Origin: Octopus sinensis
Taxonomy: Eukaryota
Assembly (NCBI RefSeq): GCF_006345805.1
Contig: NC_043006.1
Location: 35,154,001 to 35,218,000, forward strand
Length of the DNA: 64,000 nt
Direction: 5' to 3'
The translations under genes were made by a program, and so were the position numbers. Under the pieces are notes generated by a model. That model was given only the letters and a program-made list of their open reading frames with translations, did no database searches and had not been told where the DNA came from. Shown here piece after piece: positions 1-13,423 of this stretch (position 1 is its first letter; each line of letters starts with the position of its first letter).

Positions 1-402
1 TTCACGAATTATTTGATTTGACGTCCATAAAGTTATTGCATTAGACTACATAGTTGTTTCATGATTTTATGATATTTCGGGAAAGATTTCCGTTTTCAAA
101 TACAAGAAAGCTAATCAAAGGGTTAGAGGAAATGTGTTGTTAACGGTTGGCCATTCTTTTTTTACATAGACGGCTACCTACTCATCTATCTTAACAAATG
201 CATACATACATGTACTCACTCGCATTTACTGTCTGAATTACCCCAAAACATTACGCACAAACTCCGTCGATCGTAATAGGTTGGACCGAATGGTTTTACT
301 TCTCCAGGTGTCAATTTGCAAACATGCGATGTTTTGTAGTTGATGTGTTTTCCTGTTGTCCCTTTACTGACCTCTACATTCACAGTAGTACGCTGTTTTA
401 CA

Positions 403-478
403 GTTAGTACACGGGACGAAATGCTTAGCAGCATTTTGTCCGTCTTCATGTTCTGTGTTCAAATCCCACCGATGTCCA
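403..478 (+). mobile_element. tRNA-derived SINE family A, 5' fragment
   Basis: gttagtacacgggacgaaatgcttagcagcattttgtcc...gttcaaatccc matches the head (B-box-like GTTCAAATCC) of the family seen more completely at 61740-62000. Confidence 0.6.
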
Positions 479-619
479 CGAAGGAGTGGATAGCGTGAGA
501 ACTAATTGAGCATGGGAGGGGGTCTATATAATGGACAAAACCCTACTCTAACATTTCAGGCTTTGTGTCTATCGTAGAAAGAAATATTCCTTCCTAATTT
601 TGGTCCAAGGTCAGTAGTG

Positions 620-773
620 TTGAGAGGGGGGGAAATTGATTAACCGACCCCATTAATCAACTGGTTTATTAGGATGAAAGGAAAAACGGTAAAGTGAAGC
701 ACGGCGGAATTTGAACTCAGAACCTAAAGAGACAGAAGAATTTCTGTGATGCGCTAACGTTTCTGCCAGCTCA
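620..773 (-). mobile_element. tRNA-derived SINE family A
   Basis: Reverse complement reads gagctggcagaaacgttagc...gagttcaaattccgcc (A/B-box-like), same family as 61740-62000. Confidence 0.75.
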
Positions 774-1800
774 CTATCTCATCTAAAAATACACATATAT
801 ATACATGTATGCCTGTGCGTGTGTGTGCGTGCGTGTGTGTGTGTGTGCGAGTGTATGTGTGTGTGTGTGTTTGTGTATGTGTGTGTGTGTGTTTGTGTAT
901 GTGTGTGTGTGCGTATACTTGCACGCCTACACGAAACAGTTATACGTGGTTGAGTCAAAATATCAGAAAGTTTCCGAACCCAATTTTAAGGTTTAGTCAG
1001 CAAAACTCCAGCAAAGAATGTTCTTCTCGTTTTCTTCATATTTGTACGTTAGTATCTATTTTCTATGAAATATTCTCCCTTCGAAGGATGAAACCAATCA
1101 CAACGCATTTTCATCACCTCAAAGCCACGATGGATGTTGATATCCAGAATTTCATACAACCGCAATTCCTTTGGGATTTCAGTTTTAGCTCTCGAAGCGA
1201 TGCACCTTCATCGTCAACGTCAGTTATGGAAACATGAGACGCACGTTAACACATAACTACATCAATCAAGAATCGAGCGTGGGAGATAAATTTCCTAGCA
1301 ATGCGATGTATGTGCAAATTTTCTATTGGAATCCTCTGTTAGATTTCGTAACTGATTCCAATCATATGAGCACTTTATTGGATTCTTTGCTGACGTTCGC
1401 CAAACAAAATGTTCACAGATTTGTTCCATATTTTATAGCGATTTACTTTTTGACGGTCGCTTTGTACGATCAAATTTTTCAATCTCCACCCGCCCTGCTA
1501 TGAAAAGGGGATATTACTAAAATCTCTGGGTTCAATTCACAGCTATTCGCCAAAGGCATAATGAAGACTACCATTGAACCTACGGAGACGATTTGACGAG
1601 CTTTATGCAAAATTCTACACCGGCTGATTGCTTGAATTTTTCGGCTGATGTAAAGGTCGCTCAGCCGCTCTACTCTGATGTTACAAAAGATCGTGTAATA
1701 AATGGAGAGAAACAGATGAGAAGAAACGTGCTGGTAGACACGCATTTCCCTTGAACATAACAGTTACGTATTGCCTACTTCGGAAAATTTTGTGTATATA

Positions 1801-2638
1801 TGAGGTTGTCCCAAAAGTTCATAAACACTTGCGAAAATTTGAATTTTTATGCAATTTTTAATTGTTTGTTTGAGTTTATATTATTATAGTTACCTTCATC
1901 TTTATATTCCAGATGCCCATGAATAAAATTGAGCTGCGAGTTTTCGTTCGTTACTGCTGGAAGCGAGGTCTTTCAACCAGAAAAGCTGCAGAAGAGATTT
2001 GTGCTGCCGCAGGTGAAGGAACAATTGCATATGCGGCGATCACAAAGTGGTACAAGCGTTTCGATTCTGGCGACATGACTCTTGAAGATAAGCCTCGTTC
2101 GGGACGGCCGTTAAAGTTAGATGAAGGAATCGTGCATTTTGAGTTGGTTCCGAGTGGTCGTGCCATCAGTACCGAACTTTACTGTCAGCAACTGGAGCGG
2201 GTCTACGAAATGTTGAAGCGAAAGTACCCGGCTCTGATCAACCGAAAGCGCGCTTTGATGCAGCAGGACAATGCCACACACCGCCAGGAAGACCAAAGAC
2301 AAGTTTGAAGAGATGGCCGGCATTGAGGTTCTGCCACATCCAGCCTACAGTCCTGACTGTGCTCCATCAGATTACGGCCTTTTCCGCTCAATGCAACACT
2401 TTCTTAAGGGCCGCCGATTCTACTCGTTTAATGAAGTCGAGGAAGCGTGTCATATATTCTTTGATTCGAAGCCGGCTGAATGGTACTTTGACCTGATTTG
2501 AGAGCTTGCAGATCGATGGCAGAAAGTCTGGAAAATAATGGTCTTTATTTTGAGGAATAATTTTTGTTGTTTTTGTTAGTACTTGGCGAGTAAAAATTCA
2601 ATTTTCGCAAGTGTTTACGAACTTTTGGGACAACCTAA
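1801..2638 (+). mobile_element. Internally deleted mariner (DD34D-type) transposon, 838 bp
   Basis: About 48-bp TIRs (tgaggttgtcccaaaagttcataaacacttgcgaaa / tttcgcaagtgtttacgaacttttgggacaacctaa), with TA on both sides (1799-1800, 2639-2640). Translations give the HTH ...KWYKRFDSGD...RSGRP, QQDNA and YSPDCAPSDY motifs. Confidence 0.95.
1913..2540 (+). pseudogene. mariner transposase pseudogene (in-frame internal deletion plus frameshift)
   Basis: ORF 1913-2308 fuses the N-terminal HTH directly to EGIVHFEL. A frameshift follows QQDNA; ORF 2271-2501 continues PHTARKT...HPAYSPDCAPSDYGLFRSMQHFL and ends at a premature stop. Confidence 0.9.
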
Positions 2639-3129
2639 TATTTGGCCTACACTACACTGGTCTGTAATAAAGTCAAATTACAGTAAACTCCCTTTAGACA
2701 TGATATTTCACAACAAACATATCACGAAAAAACTAGATAAAATCTTAGCTAAACACCAAAGTTTACCATTCTATAAATGACAGTTGTCTCCACTTAGGAA
2801 GCATTTTGGTTTCTGCTGTGAATTATCCCACTTTGCGTGTGACCCCCGTTGATTGCTTCATTTTATGAAGCAATGATGTTTCCGTGGCGCCTTGTATTAA
2901 AGCATACCTTTCAGTATCGATAGCAACGAACTTTGATTAGTCAAGCATCTATGAAACTTTAAGTAATACAGAAATAGCATCTCGATAATCCTCTAAGTAT
3001 AAACAAACTTTACACCATATGTTAAATACGTTATTCATTGTTCGTTAGAAAAAAAATACGTGTATGCTTATATGCATGCGTATATGTATATATGCATATG
3101 TGCATATACATATATATATATATATCTTT

Positions 3130-3325
3130 TTTCTCTTTCGCTTTTACTTGTTTCAGTAATTTCACTGCGACCATGCTGAAGCACCGCCTTTAGTCGAACA
3201 AATCGACCCCAGAACTTATTCTTTGGAAGCCTAGTACTTATTCTATCGGTCACTTTTGCGGAACCGCTAAGTTACGGTGACGTAAACACACCACTATCGG
3301 TTGTCAAGCGATGTTGGGGGGACAA
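3130..3325 (-). mobile_element. SINE family B, 3' half
   Basis: Reverse complement ends gggtcgatttgttcgactaaaggcggtgcttcagcatggtcgcagtgaaattactgaaacaagtaaaag, the same tail as 18270, 25362, 36615 and 39778. Confidence 0.8.
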
Positions 3326-3345
3326 ACACATACACATAAACATAT

Positions 3346-3397
<52 letters not shown>

Positions 3398-3831
3398 ATA
3401 CACACATATATATATGGAACATAGGCACATGCTTATACGTGACAATGTGTACATAAGCTGTTGCGTATTTCTGCGTCTGTGTATGTTTGTGTTTCTTTCT
3501 AGCTTTGAGATAATAAACATGTTAACTTAAAATGTCACTAAAGTTAATCTAATAATGCAGGTGAGCTAAGCTCGGTATTGTTGGATGTAGGACTGGGATG
3601 GGGGGTTTTCCTACCACCCTCTTGGCATGGCGTTTGTTACACGAGTTTCAAATTAGTTTAAAATCCTTTGATGATATCATATGAATAAAATAATCTATTT
3701 TGCATCTTATTAACATCAATTTCTTTTATTCTTCACCATCTTTTCTAATTCAGTTTGTTTTTTCCTTTAAAGACGAGGTCACTATTAGTATTTGCTTGGT
3801 TAATATTTTGTATTTACATGTAAAACTTCGC

Positions 3832-3955
3832 CTCCCCTCTTCCTTCTCCTCCCTCCTCCCCCTCCCCTCCCCCTCCTCCTCCTCCTCCTCCTCCTTCTTC
3901 TTCTTCTTCTTCTTCTGCCAACACCACCACCACCACCACCACCACCACCACCACA
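3832..3955. repeat. compound (TCC)n-(TTC)n-(CAC)n microsatellite
   Basis: Directly visible; explains the poly-S/F/H ORFs at 3700-4019. Confidence 0.95.
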
Positions 3956-4574
3956 TGAAACACCGATTTTCTGAAAGAAGCTGTCCGTAGACTTGTATTT
4001 CTGCGTTAAAGATAATCATTACCGACCTTCTATAAGGTCACTTACGTACGGAACTCCTATTGAAAACAACAGATGCAGAAAAAAACAGGAGATAGAACTT
4101 TTAATATGAAGGAATCCCAATGAGCTGCAAATGGATAATAACTATTCGGAAATCCAGCATTCTTTAAAAGACACCGGCCTTGTAGTCATAAACTAAAAGC
4201 AAGGTTTCTTAGGTTTAAGGAAAGCGTTATATTTCTTATCCTGTCACACCTTAATGATAGAATATTTGTAGTTTTCTTCTCGGGGATGCGAAAGGATGAT
4301 TGAAGTATAAAGTTGTGATATATTGGGCCTCCCTAGAGAAGGAAGCCCATCTTGGAATCGACCCATTTATGATAGCTATTTATGAGCGATGGTTAGCAAC
4401 TCTATCAATAATATTGACGGGCATAACTGATATAACATATAATAGAAAAAAACCCACTTCGACCATGGGATTACCCAATGGGATTGCTCTATGGAATTGC
4501 ACCAAGTGCTCTTCCAAGGCACAAGACGGGCAAGTTTGCTTATGGAACACTAAAAGTCGCTCATAATTATCGGC

Positions 4575-4792
4575 CTCCCCTCACCACGTCACCGATGTTA
4601 ACCAAGGGAAAGGGAAACACCAATATAGCTTGGCATCAGTGACATCGTAATTCATTTCTACAGCTGAGTGAACTGGAGCAACGTGAAATAAAGTGTCTTG
4701 CTCAAGAACACAACACAGCCCTGTCCGAGAATCGAACTCTCTACATCATTATTTTGAGCCCGGCCCTCTAACCACTGAGTCATGCCCCTTCA
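4575..4792 (-). mobile_element. tRNA-derived SINE family C (gtgttcttgagcaagacactt central domain)
   Basis: Reverse complement: gcatgactcagtggttagagg (A box)...gagttcgattctcggac (B box)...gtgttgtgttcttgagcaagacactttatttcacgttgctccagttcactcagctgtag. The core resembles the V/Meta-SINE central domain. Confidence 0.8.
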
Positions 4793-5295
4793 TTACATAA
4801 CATAGAACATGTAATCAATAGCTTACTCATACGTTGGATACACTTTTTCCAGATAGTATATCCATTTTAACACAGCTATACAATGCCTTCTTCAACAACA
4901 GCAAGAACAACAACAGTCAAAAATGAAAACCATCAGCCAAGTTGTCATTACTTGCTTATTACGTTAGCATGAACACCATAACGCAATATTGGAAACATAT
5001 TGATTAAGGAGAATATTCTTATTAATTTCTTAAATCCCCCTGTCAAAGGCAAACGAAGATATATGGAAAACACAGCGCTGCAATTGGCTCAAGTCCCAAG
5101 CCAAGCCATTCTTAGACGTGTGTGGTGATCGGATGTACATTTTGTTTTTGATAAAATGCTCTTTAATACAGAAATATTCAGATATAAGATACAATTATAA
5201 ATCGTTGTTTTACGTTGCTTTCTAAGATAAAATATATTTTATATTATAAGTTTAGACATATAAATTAGTCTCTGTGTTAGTGTGTATATATATAT

Positions 5296-5328
<33 letters not shown>

Positions 5329-5712
5329 CGTGGCACACCGTCTGTTGCGACAACAAGGGTTCCAGTTGATCCAATCAACGGAACAACATGCTTGTGAAAA
5401 TTACGTGCAAGTGGCTGAGGACTCCACAGACACGTGCACCTATAACGTAGTTCTCGGGAAGATTCAGCGTAATGCAGAGTGTGACAAGGTTGGCCCTTTA
5501 AAATACAGGTACCACAGAAACAGAAAGAAAGAGTGAGAGACAATTGAGATGTGGTGAAAGAGTACGGCAGGATGCGCCACCACGCCTGTTGAGCCACGTG
5601 GAGCTTTATGTGCTTTCACGCAATAAACACTCGCAACGTCCGATCCGGGAATCGAAACCACGATCCTACGACCTCGACTGCGTTGCCCTAACCACTGGGC
5701 CATTGCGCATAC
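5329..5712 (-). mobile_element. tRNA-derived SINE family D, near full length
   Basis: Reverse complement begins gcgcaatggcccagtggttagggc (A box) and gtttcgattcccgg (B box); the head is shared with 30655-30930. Confidence 0.85.
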
Positions 5713-5758
5713 CCACTTAGACATACATACACACACATGCACACACACACACACACAT

Positions 5759-5797
<39 letters not shown>

Positions 5798-6105
5798 CAC
5801 GCACAGGCAAACGCACACACATGCATAGATTTGTGTTATAAGTGTTATAAGTTTGTTCTTTCGTAGTTTGGGAATTTGACTGCCCTTTTTAACATGAAAG
5901 AAGTTCACATAGTGGTCTTCTCTCCGTGTATAAATTTTATACACTCGTATATATATAAATATATATATATACATATATCTGCTCACTTACAATCAAAGTT
6001 TTATAAAGAAGAATGCACATCGTGATCTTCTCTCCGAGTATAAATTTTATACACTCATATATATATATGTCTCTCTCTCTCTCTCCCTCTCTCTCTGTCT
6101 ATATA

Positions 6106-6187
<82 letters not shown>

Positions 6188-7127
6188 TATATATATAAAT
6201 ATATCTATATGTATGGATATATATATAAATATAAATATATATATGTGTGTGTATATATATATATGAATATATGTGGGTGCCTGAATATATATGTATATGC
6301 ATACATACATACATATATACATACATACACACGATAGGAGAGAAAATTTCGTAAGATCAAACGTCTCCTCCGCCAATACTACTATGCATGTAATGACACC
6401 GACTTTTCTTTGCGGAGTCATCGACGGCGTCACCATAAAAGAAGTGTTGAGCAAAGAAGAAAATAAATTCTCGGATACAAGACAAAACCGAAAACAATAT
6501 ATACACCCCACCGCACACAGATATCTATGAACACACACACACACACACACATATATATAGTCATACATTGAATATAGTGGGGGAGTATTATGTATTATAC
6601 TCATAGATACTAAAATCAATAACTAATTAAAGTTACTCAAGTCATTAATTATAGTTTCATACGCTGTGTACTCATCAGAAAATAGGAAACAGAAAATTGT
6701 AGGTACGTACATTTTTTCCCATCTCCATTGATAAGTACTAGACATACAAAACATTAATTAATATATGGAACAATTTTAATTAGTTATTGATTTTAATCTC
6801 AGCTAGAAGAAATACTGCTTCTCTCTTCTATCTTTCAATGTGTAACTGGATACATAGATTTCAATAGTTATATTGTAGCGGCTTTCATGCGCTGTCGGGC
6901 TACCATACTGATAAGGTCGTTTTCATATATCTAATACAGACGTTGCTGTATGTAATATATATTATACAAAATACACATATGCGTACATGCTACTGTATGT
7001 ATGGTTCATATATGATAACGAATAGAGTTGCGTGATCCTGGAGTAGTGTGTGTACATATCAGTATCTGATGTTCTATATATATATATATATATGTGTGTG
7101 GGGGGGTTGTCTGTATATATAATTATG

Positions 7128-7159
<32 letters not shown>

Positions 7160-7352
7160 TATAAATATACATATAATATATATATATATAAATATATATG
7201 TGTAAGTATCATTCATATATATATATGTGTATGTACATATATATCTATATATCTATATATGTATGTATATATGTATATTTACATATATGTATGTATATAT
7301 ATGCATGTGTGTATGCTTATTTTTATATGTATATATATATCCCTGTATATAT

Positions 7353-7404
<52 letters not shown>

Positions 7405-7743
7405 GTATATATATATGTATATATGTATATATATATATGTATATACATATATATATACATACATATGTATATATTTATTTATACATTCATTTATATATAT
7501 ATGTGTGTATGTATAAATATATATATATATATTTGTGTATATAAGTATGTGTGTGTATGTATGCGTCCGTGTGCCTGTGTGGGTGGACGTCTGCTTGTAT
7601 CCTGTTCACTTGAGGTGGTGTTGACCTAGGAACTCTCTTGCTGCCCACCTGCAATTTATCTGTTGACACAACCAACTTCATAATACTCACGCAATGCAAT
7701 ATATCACACTCTACAAGTTTATACCTACATAAGCGTGCGTACA

Positions 7744-7806
<63 letters not shown>

Positions 7807-7889
7807 CTAATTTAAGACTCGCACAAATACACAAATGTTTGCATATGCTTGTGTGTGTGTGTTGTGTGTGTGAGTGTTTTATGAATATG

Positions 7890-7923
<34 letters not shown>

Positions 7924-8699
7924 TAAATATATATAAACACATGCATATATCTATGTATATTTATATATTTGTATATTTACATATATATATGTGAATGTGT
8001 ATATGTATATAATATTAATATATATATGTGTGTGTGTGTGTGTTTATTTTTACATTCAGATTATATATTTATTTATCTAAGTGGGAGTTGATGACATATA
8101 GTGTTGCCAAGGACAACCAAGGTGCTCTGTTTTGCTGCAGAGGTTAACGTTGACGTTTTAAGTTAGCTATTAATCTTTGTTTGCAGTCGAAGAGTACGAT
8201 TTTATGAATAAATAATAAGTGTTGGTGAATTAAAGCAAGGAGATCACCATGTGCTGCATCGCACCAACTGCAAAATAAAGTCACGTGCAACGAGACTGTT
8301 AGGGAACCTCTACGTGAACGGTGTATCTGCTGGTAATAGCAGCTAATTCGCAAATCGTATTCTGTCGTCTTCTGAGATGAAGGGCATACCGGGAAAAAGC
8401 CGATATGTAACAGGCAAAGAAACTGATACAAAAAATATCGTTCTTTACTGTAATCATTTTTGTCATAATTTCCTTGATCAAGCTGGCCAAGGGTTAAAGA
8501 AAATAAAGCTCAACAAATATATATATACATATATATTATTCGTTTACATTTCAGCCTTAAGGCTGTGGCCATTTATCTCGTCTTCAGCAAGATACCCGAT
8601 TCTCTCCTATCTTACTTTAATCTATCAACATTTGGCACAAAATCACTTCCCTCAGTATTGCTTCGCTGCCTCAATTGGGGATGCTTCTCTGGGCATATA

Positions 8700-8915
8700 C
8701 GTTGTTACTTGGTGACATCGCAAGTACCGGTGTCATGAAAAACGCACGCACTACACTCATTAAAGATTGTGGTTCCTTAGAAACGGCATCTGGCCGTCCG
8801 TAGAGACTAAAGCAAAGCAGACATTGCATTGAAATATTGATGCCGTCCACAGGATCACCGGTCCATCACAAGTCAGTATGAGAAGCAGACGTTAAACAAG
8901 GATGGTGATAATGAT
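8700..8915 (+). mobile_element. decayed SINE 3' part with RTE-like tail
   Basis: Ends ...cagtatgagaagcagacgttaaac followed by a (GAT)n tail, typical of RTE-mobilised SINE ends. Confidence 0.55.
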
Positions 8916-9016
8916 GATGATGATGAGGAGGAGGAGGAGGAGGAGTTGGAGGATGAGAATGAGGAAGGGGACGAAGAAGAAGGGAAAGAGGTGGATGAGG
9001 AGAATGGTAATGATGG

Positions 9017-9047
<31 letters not shown>

Positions 9048-9105
9048 AACGACGACGAGGATGACAACGAATATGACAATGGCGACAACGACGTCGATGA
9101 TGATT
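8905..9105. repeat. compound (GAT)/(GAG)/(GAC) trinucleotide tract
   Basis: Directly visible; explains the acidic low-complexity ORFs at 8873-9197. Confidence 0.9.
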
Positions 9106-9579
9106 ATATAAACCACGTGATTTATCTCGCCGTGGTCAGAAAAGTGTCATCAATCTACCAAGCTTTACGTCCTATTAGACCTTCAGAAAACCAATAACGA
9201 TCGTCTTTCTCAAGGGAGACTATTAACGTCTACCCATTTAGATTATATACAGCATCGGATTGAACAAACTGGGATATCTAATTTGCATAACATCTCTAAT
9301 TAGCCGTTACAATGTGGAATAATTAATTATAATATCTGATCGCTTTGCTCTTCCTAATTATCCGTCAATAGCTCTAATGATTCAATCTCCAGACGTAGCA
9401 ACACAATGCTTAGAAGTTTTCACACTTTGGAAATCGACTGTTAGAAATTATACCTCTTCGCGTCTTAGGTGATTGGCGTTCGGTGATTGATGTCTATCAA
9501 CTGATTCTTTCAATCGTACCGATTTATTCATGTTTCAATATGCTGCGAGTGGTGTGCGGAGAGAGAGAGAGAGAGAGAG

Positions 9580-9625
<46 letters not shown>

Positions 9626-9701
9626 TATGTACATACACATATACATATATATACACATATTGACGATTTAATTCTATTTTCGGTATATATGTATATATAT
9701 A

Positions 9702-9773
<72 letters not shown>

Positions 9774-9796
9774 TATATATATATATATATACACAT

Positions 9797-9867
<71 letters not shown>

Positions 9868-9923
9868 CATATATCTATCTGTTTGTGTGTTTGCCTGTCC
9901 ATCTATCTATCTGTCTATCTATC

Positions 9924-9992
<69 letters not shown>

Positions 9993-10434
9993 CTGTAATC
10001 GTCCAAAACTGAAATATATGTACTTATATCAATATACACTGTAATGTTGGATGTGTCGTGATGCGTGATCGCAGATGTTGTTATAAAAATTATTTTTAGT
10101 GCTTTGAAGCTTTTTCATCCATTTTTAGAAGGATATAACCAACCATAGAGTTATATATTACTCTAGTCCAAATATGACAGAATATTTATTATCAGCCGAC
10201 CAGTTATTTCTTTTATATTGGGTCCTTATGTTATTGATATTGCCGCTTCCATTATTATCTACACTAACATACACATATACACCTATGTTATTTGTATGAG
10301 TGCGCCCGCGTAAGTGTGATTTTTTGAGAATGCCTTTCCACATGGGGAATCAAACACTGATGCTCTTTTATTCATAATACCACGTTGTATAGAAGCATTT
10401 GCATGGCAGTATATACACGTAAATATGAAAGTCG

Positions 10435-10695
10435 ATGAGCAGAATCCTTAGCACGTCAGGGAAAAAGCTTAGTAGGTCAGAGAAAAAGCTTAGTACGTCA
10501 GAAAAAAAGCTTAGTACGTCAGAGAAAATGCTTAGTACGTCAGAGAAAAACCAGTGTTCAATTCAGATTTTAAATTTCGCTGATGTCAACTTTACTTTTC
10601 ATCCCTTTTAGGGTCGATAGAAAAAGTGCCATTGAAGTATTAAGGTGGGTGTAATCGAACTGTCCTCGCCCTCAGAACTACTGGCCCTGGACTGT
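10435..10695 (+). mobile_element. SINE family A with a 21-bp internal minisatellite (about 5 units, 10448-10550)
   Basis: Head gagcagaatccttagcacgtc, then (gtcagagaaaaagcttagtac)n, then the SINE body ...tttagggtcgatag...gtaatcgaac. Confidence 0.75.
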
Positions 10696-10809
10696 ACGGC
10701 AGATTAGCGTCCGTTTCATTTCAGAGTTGTAATCACGATCACATATACGCCATGTGAGTAGGGTACCGACCTTGGGCTCAAGAAAAAAATATGCATAAAA
10801 ACATATGTA

Positions 10810-10856
<47 letters not shown>

Positions 10857-11294
10857 CCTCATTCCTCTCTTTCGGTCATTTCATCATGTCATGACCCTTA
10901 TATACCCGTGCTTTCCTTAACCTATTTTCCTTCTCCATCTTCTTTTTCTCTTTGTCTAGTCTTTCAGAAGAAGAATGTACACACAAAATCCAAAAGACGT
11001 TTCCATCTGTCTCTTTTTCCCCATATATATTCAGTGCAAAGCGAATACTCTCCGTTTGTTTGTTTTATTTTTAACCTCGTCTTCATCTTATTTTTCCACA
11101 CTATACATACATGTATACAATACGCTAACACACGTATATATTCATATATTCATATATATATATATACACATACATTCATACATATATATATACACGCACA
11201 TATATATGCACACACATGTGTATATATATATATATATATAAACATACATATGTATGTGTATATACATATATATGAATATGAATATATGTATATA

Positions 11295-11338
<44 letters not shown>

Positions 11339-11493
11339 TATGAATATATGTGTATATATGTATATATATACATGTATACACACACACACACATACTCATG
11401 TATGTATATTTATATAAATATATATAAATATAAATACATATATATATTCATATATATTTATATAAACATACATACATACTTACATACATACAT

Positions 11494-11565
<72 letters not shown>

Positions 11566-11623
11566 GAAAATGTGACTGAAAATCCTGACAGATATCTTCG
11601 TACATATTTGTTATATATATATA

Positions 11624-12002
11624 TACTAGCAGTATCGCCCGGCGTTGCTCGGGTTTGTAAAGGAAATAACTATAAAGCATTTTTAGAGAGTTATAGCAAA
11701 AAAATAGCAAAGAAATTGGAAAAATAATGATGGTAAATTTTTTTGATAGTTAAAAAGGTCGAGTTGCGTTCCCTAGACAATCTGTGGTTTGTGTTTCTGA
11801 TTGTCGACCCCATGTTGAATTTATCGATCTTTTTCAGAACTGGGGGAACTTTTCAAAATTTTCGCTGCGTTAGTTTTGAATTATGACATTGGGCTATGTG
11901 TGTGTCAAGTTTCATCAGAATCGGTTGAAAGCCGTGGTCAGAGTGAGGGTACAACCAAACAGACACACAGAAACACACACAGACAAACTGCCGTTTATAT
12001 AT

Positions 12003-12008
<6 letters not shown>
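11624..12008 (+). mobile_element. non-autonomous Helitron/Helentron-associated (HINE/DINE-1-like) element
   Basis: Starts tactagcagtatcgcccggcgttgctcggg (GC hairpin), has aagtttcatcagaatcggttg and an (ACAG/AC) microsatellite, ends tttatatatagagat, and sits in (TA)n. Confidence 0.7.
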
Positions 12009-12055
<47 letters not shown>

Positions 12056-12645
12056 TACACGTATATGTACGGATATACTACGTCATTTTGTATGTATGGT
12101 CGAAGATGTATGTCGTAAATCTATATTCCTTTCTTATTTTCCCCTGATACATAATAAATTATAATAATAGTGTCGACTCTTCATCTCTCGCTTCTCTCGT
12201 GTATTCCTGCAATAAAACACCGTCCAAACTTTCCTTTATTTATTTATTTTTTTCTTAATTTATGATATAATTCCTTTGAAATAAAATAAAATATTGCATC
12301 TTCTGGAACATTCTAACAAAGAGAAAATACTGTCAGTTGTGCTATTATGTTATATATATGTGTGTGTGTGTGTGTGTTTGTGTGTGTGTGTTTGTCTGTA
12401 TGCATATATACATATTCATACATGCATATCTACACACACAGACATACACACTTATATATATGTATATACATACACACACATATATTTATATATACTTATA
12501 TATGCATATATATATATGTGTGTATATAGATATATATATAGAGATAAACATATATATATATATATACATATAAACATATATATCTATACATATACACACA
12601 TATATATGTACACACATATCTGCATACATACATACATACATACAT

Positions 12646-12744
<99 letters not shown>

Positions 12745-13032
12745 CACATACATATGTCGTTATATATAAAATCCTTATCGTATATTCCCTTTTGTTTTTA
12801 TATATTTGACGTGTTTAGTTTCGGGTTTTACTCCCGGGTCATTGTAAGTTTTGATCTTGGTGAAATCGATGAATAGTATTCAATTGTTTAATAGTGGCAT
12901 CGTTTTAATCGATTGCAGCTTTTGTACCAATTTTCGACGCTGAGTCAGTGACGCAAATATGCCTCCATTCGCTTTAGGTTGAGTATACCGACCACAGAAT
13001 CACATGGAATGTGTTCGTTAAGCATACGTTTT

Positions 13033-13082
<50 letters not shown>

Positions 13083-13084
13083 TT

Positions 13085-13250
13085 ACGATGATCTGGCAGA
13101 GTCATTAGTGTGCCGGAAAATATTCATAGTAGCATTTATTTAATCCGGCCTTACGTTCTGAACTTAGCTTTTTCCTCATTTCGCTGTCGATAAAACAAGT
13201 ATCATTTGAGTAGTGAAATCGATATAATCGATATATACATTCCCCCTGAA
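13085..13250 (+). mobile_element. decayed SINE family A
   Basis: gatctggcagagtcattag...ttacgttctga...gtcgataaaacaagta...atcgatataatcgat. Confidence 0.5.
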
Positions 13251-13293
13251 ATTACTGGTCATGTACCAAAATTGTAAACCATTATTATTATTA

Positions 13294-13380
<87 letters not shown>

Positions 13381-13423
13381 CATCATCATCGTCATCATTA
13401 TTATTATTATTATTATTATTATT

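Noticed and set aside
960-1745. Protein-like stretches on the minus strand (e.g. EIPKELRLYEILDINIHRGFEVMK)
   Set aside because: Multiple stops and no recognisable family motif; possibly an old element, and tBLASTx would be needed.
5640-5712. tRNA gene (also the other A/B-box heads)
   Set aside because: The boxes run into SINE bodies and no complete cloverleaf could be drawn.
8176-8280. Terminal exon ctttgtttgcag|...EEYDFMNK* with AATAAA
   Set aside because: Too short to identify and no linked upstream exon.
8873-9197. Acidic Asp/Glu-rich ORF
   Set aside because: It is a trinucleotide tail of a SINE; there is no unique coding sequence.
10448-10550. CRISPR-like appearance of short repeats (also 45337-45465)
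   Set aside because: There are no unique spacers and no cas genes, and the context is eukaryotic.
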